Positions 62,735 to 64,000 of a stretch of DNA of 64,000 nucleotides are shown here, piece by piece. The notes below the pieces were generated by a model. The model did no database searches. It was not told the origin of the DNA and saw only the letters and a program-made list of their open reading frames with translations. The position numbers and the translations under genes were made by a program. Origin of the DNA: Gonapodya sp. JEL0774 (taxonomy: Eukaryota); the NCBI GenBank assembly GCA_027604505.1, contig JADIIX010000130.1, positions 1 through 64,000 on the forward strand. The letters run 5' to 3'. Within the stretch, counting starts at the first letter, position 1. The number at the start of each line of letters is the position of its first letter.

Positions 62735-64000
62735 GAGGGTCCAGCTTATGAGTATACGTGGGATCTCAGGAAAAGCTGAGGACTTGCAACGTTTTGCTCA
62801 TGATCACAACAGTGACCTATTACTAACACTTGAAACCTAACTCAACCCTAGCTCTTCCCCCCATAAAACCAGCAGTAATTAACATCAGCAACTACTTCAC
62901 TGGCAAGCTTGCACAAGGTCAAGGCAAGCGCGGCCAAGTGGGGATCCTCATGAGCCCCCTATACACCGACTATGCAAGAGCAGTGCAAGTGTTGGAAAAA
63001 ACAAAAGGTAAGTCCACCGCGGTAATGGATGTTCTTGGGACCATCATGGTGGTGGCGAATCTTGGGCCATCACTAGAGGAAGAGACACATGAATGCGTAG
63101 ATCTGTTGTTTGACCTAGGAATCCCAAACGTGGTGCTTACCTGCAGAGTGGAAATCACTGACCTCATTGTTCACAAAAGCACACAGCTCATCACGAACCA
63201 CCATCTGCTTACCTTCTTGATACCAGATATCGCACCTCCAGTCAAGACTTTTGAGAGCTGGAAAATACGCAAGTTTGCAAACCTGGACATGCCGGAAAAG
63301 CACCAAAAGAAGGTGGAGTGTGACTCAGAGGTCAAGAGGTTGGAGCTGCAGGCATGGGGGGCCTGCAATGCCCTGGACAATGGAATGCTCATTGGAGCAG
63401 CAGTCCAACAGGAGGTGGACAAGATATGGATGGGACTCATAGGAGTCATGCACAGAGCAGCCCAGGGCTCAATTAGGCGGATGAGATTTGACTTCAGGAT
63501 GACCTGGGGGTTCTACACAGAGGAACTGGAGGAGGAGTGGTCTGGGTTACCAGGCCATGGAGAAGCTAGCCAAGGATCAGGAGGCCAGCCAAGAAACACC
63601 TAACCATCTGAGCAAGAGAGCAAAGGTGAACACACGGAGACAATGTCAGTACCACAAAGTGGTCCAAGCGCGGAGGACAGAGATCTTCTGCAAGACCATG
63701 GATGAGATGGTGGCCCCAGTAAGAGATCGCTCTTCATGAGGATGGTGAAGGGAGCACAAGCAAGACAGGAAGGTGGTAAGTGTGCTCTTGACCGTTACAA
63801 GGTCGATGAGTACAGGGACACTTCGTGTCCTTGTTCGGGGGTGAACCAAACAGGAAGCCAATTCCCCCCGACCCGGACAAGGAAACCCTCTATGTGCTCA
63901 CTGCAGAGGAAGTAGTGGACCTGGCGTCAGCCCAAAAGAAGCTGGCGGAACTTCCTAAGGGGAAGGCATGGGGGTCAGACGATGTCCCCACGGAATTCAT
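62735..64000 (+). mobile_element. Degenerate non-LTR retrotransposon (LINE) ORF2: AP-endonuclease and start of RT
   Basis: VQLMSIRGISGK...DLLLTLET*L (EEP start with a stop at the conserved W); VDLLF; TNHHLL (SDH-like); window end LAELPKGKAWGSDDVPTEF (KAPGPDG motif). CpG-poor. Confidence 0.75.

Overview
Eukaryotic, intron-rich, compact genomic DNA. It is most likely from a zoosporic (flagellated), early-diverging fungus: it has fungal-type housekeeping genes plus ciliary genes (ARL6/BBS3, lebercilin-like, CEP290-like). 1-4.3 kb holds decayed, CpG-poor transposon debris (Ty1/copia pieces flanking a PIF/Harbinger Myb + DDE pair). 7.3-47.9 kb is a dense run of intact spliced genes: PP2A B56, mL44, CCCH-Puf4-like, SF3A3, eIF4A-III, PIG-C, R3H-SUZ, V-ATPase A, polyQ C2H2 transcription factor, ELP6, an LRR protein, lebercilin-like, ARL6, a metaxin/FAX GST-like gene and NTE1. 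47.9-61.6 kb is a ~3.3 kb inverted duplication. Each arm carries an apparently intact multi-exon gene encoding an SR-rich leader, an MLKL-like four-helix cell-death domain, a coiled linker and RNI-type LRRs (one repeat per exon), with no NACHT or kinase domain. This pair is the best candidate for an undescribed immune or cell-death system. The arms enclose a 7 kb block of frameshifted genes (a tandem-CBM48 protein and the 5' part of a CEP290-like gene). The window ends in a degenerate LINE. All family calls are by-eye motif recognition; no searches were run, and exon boundaries are manual GT-AG predictions.
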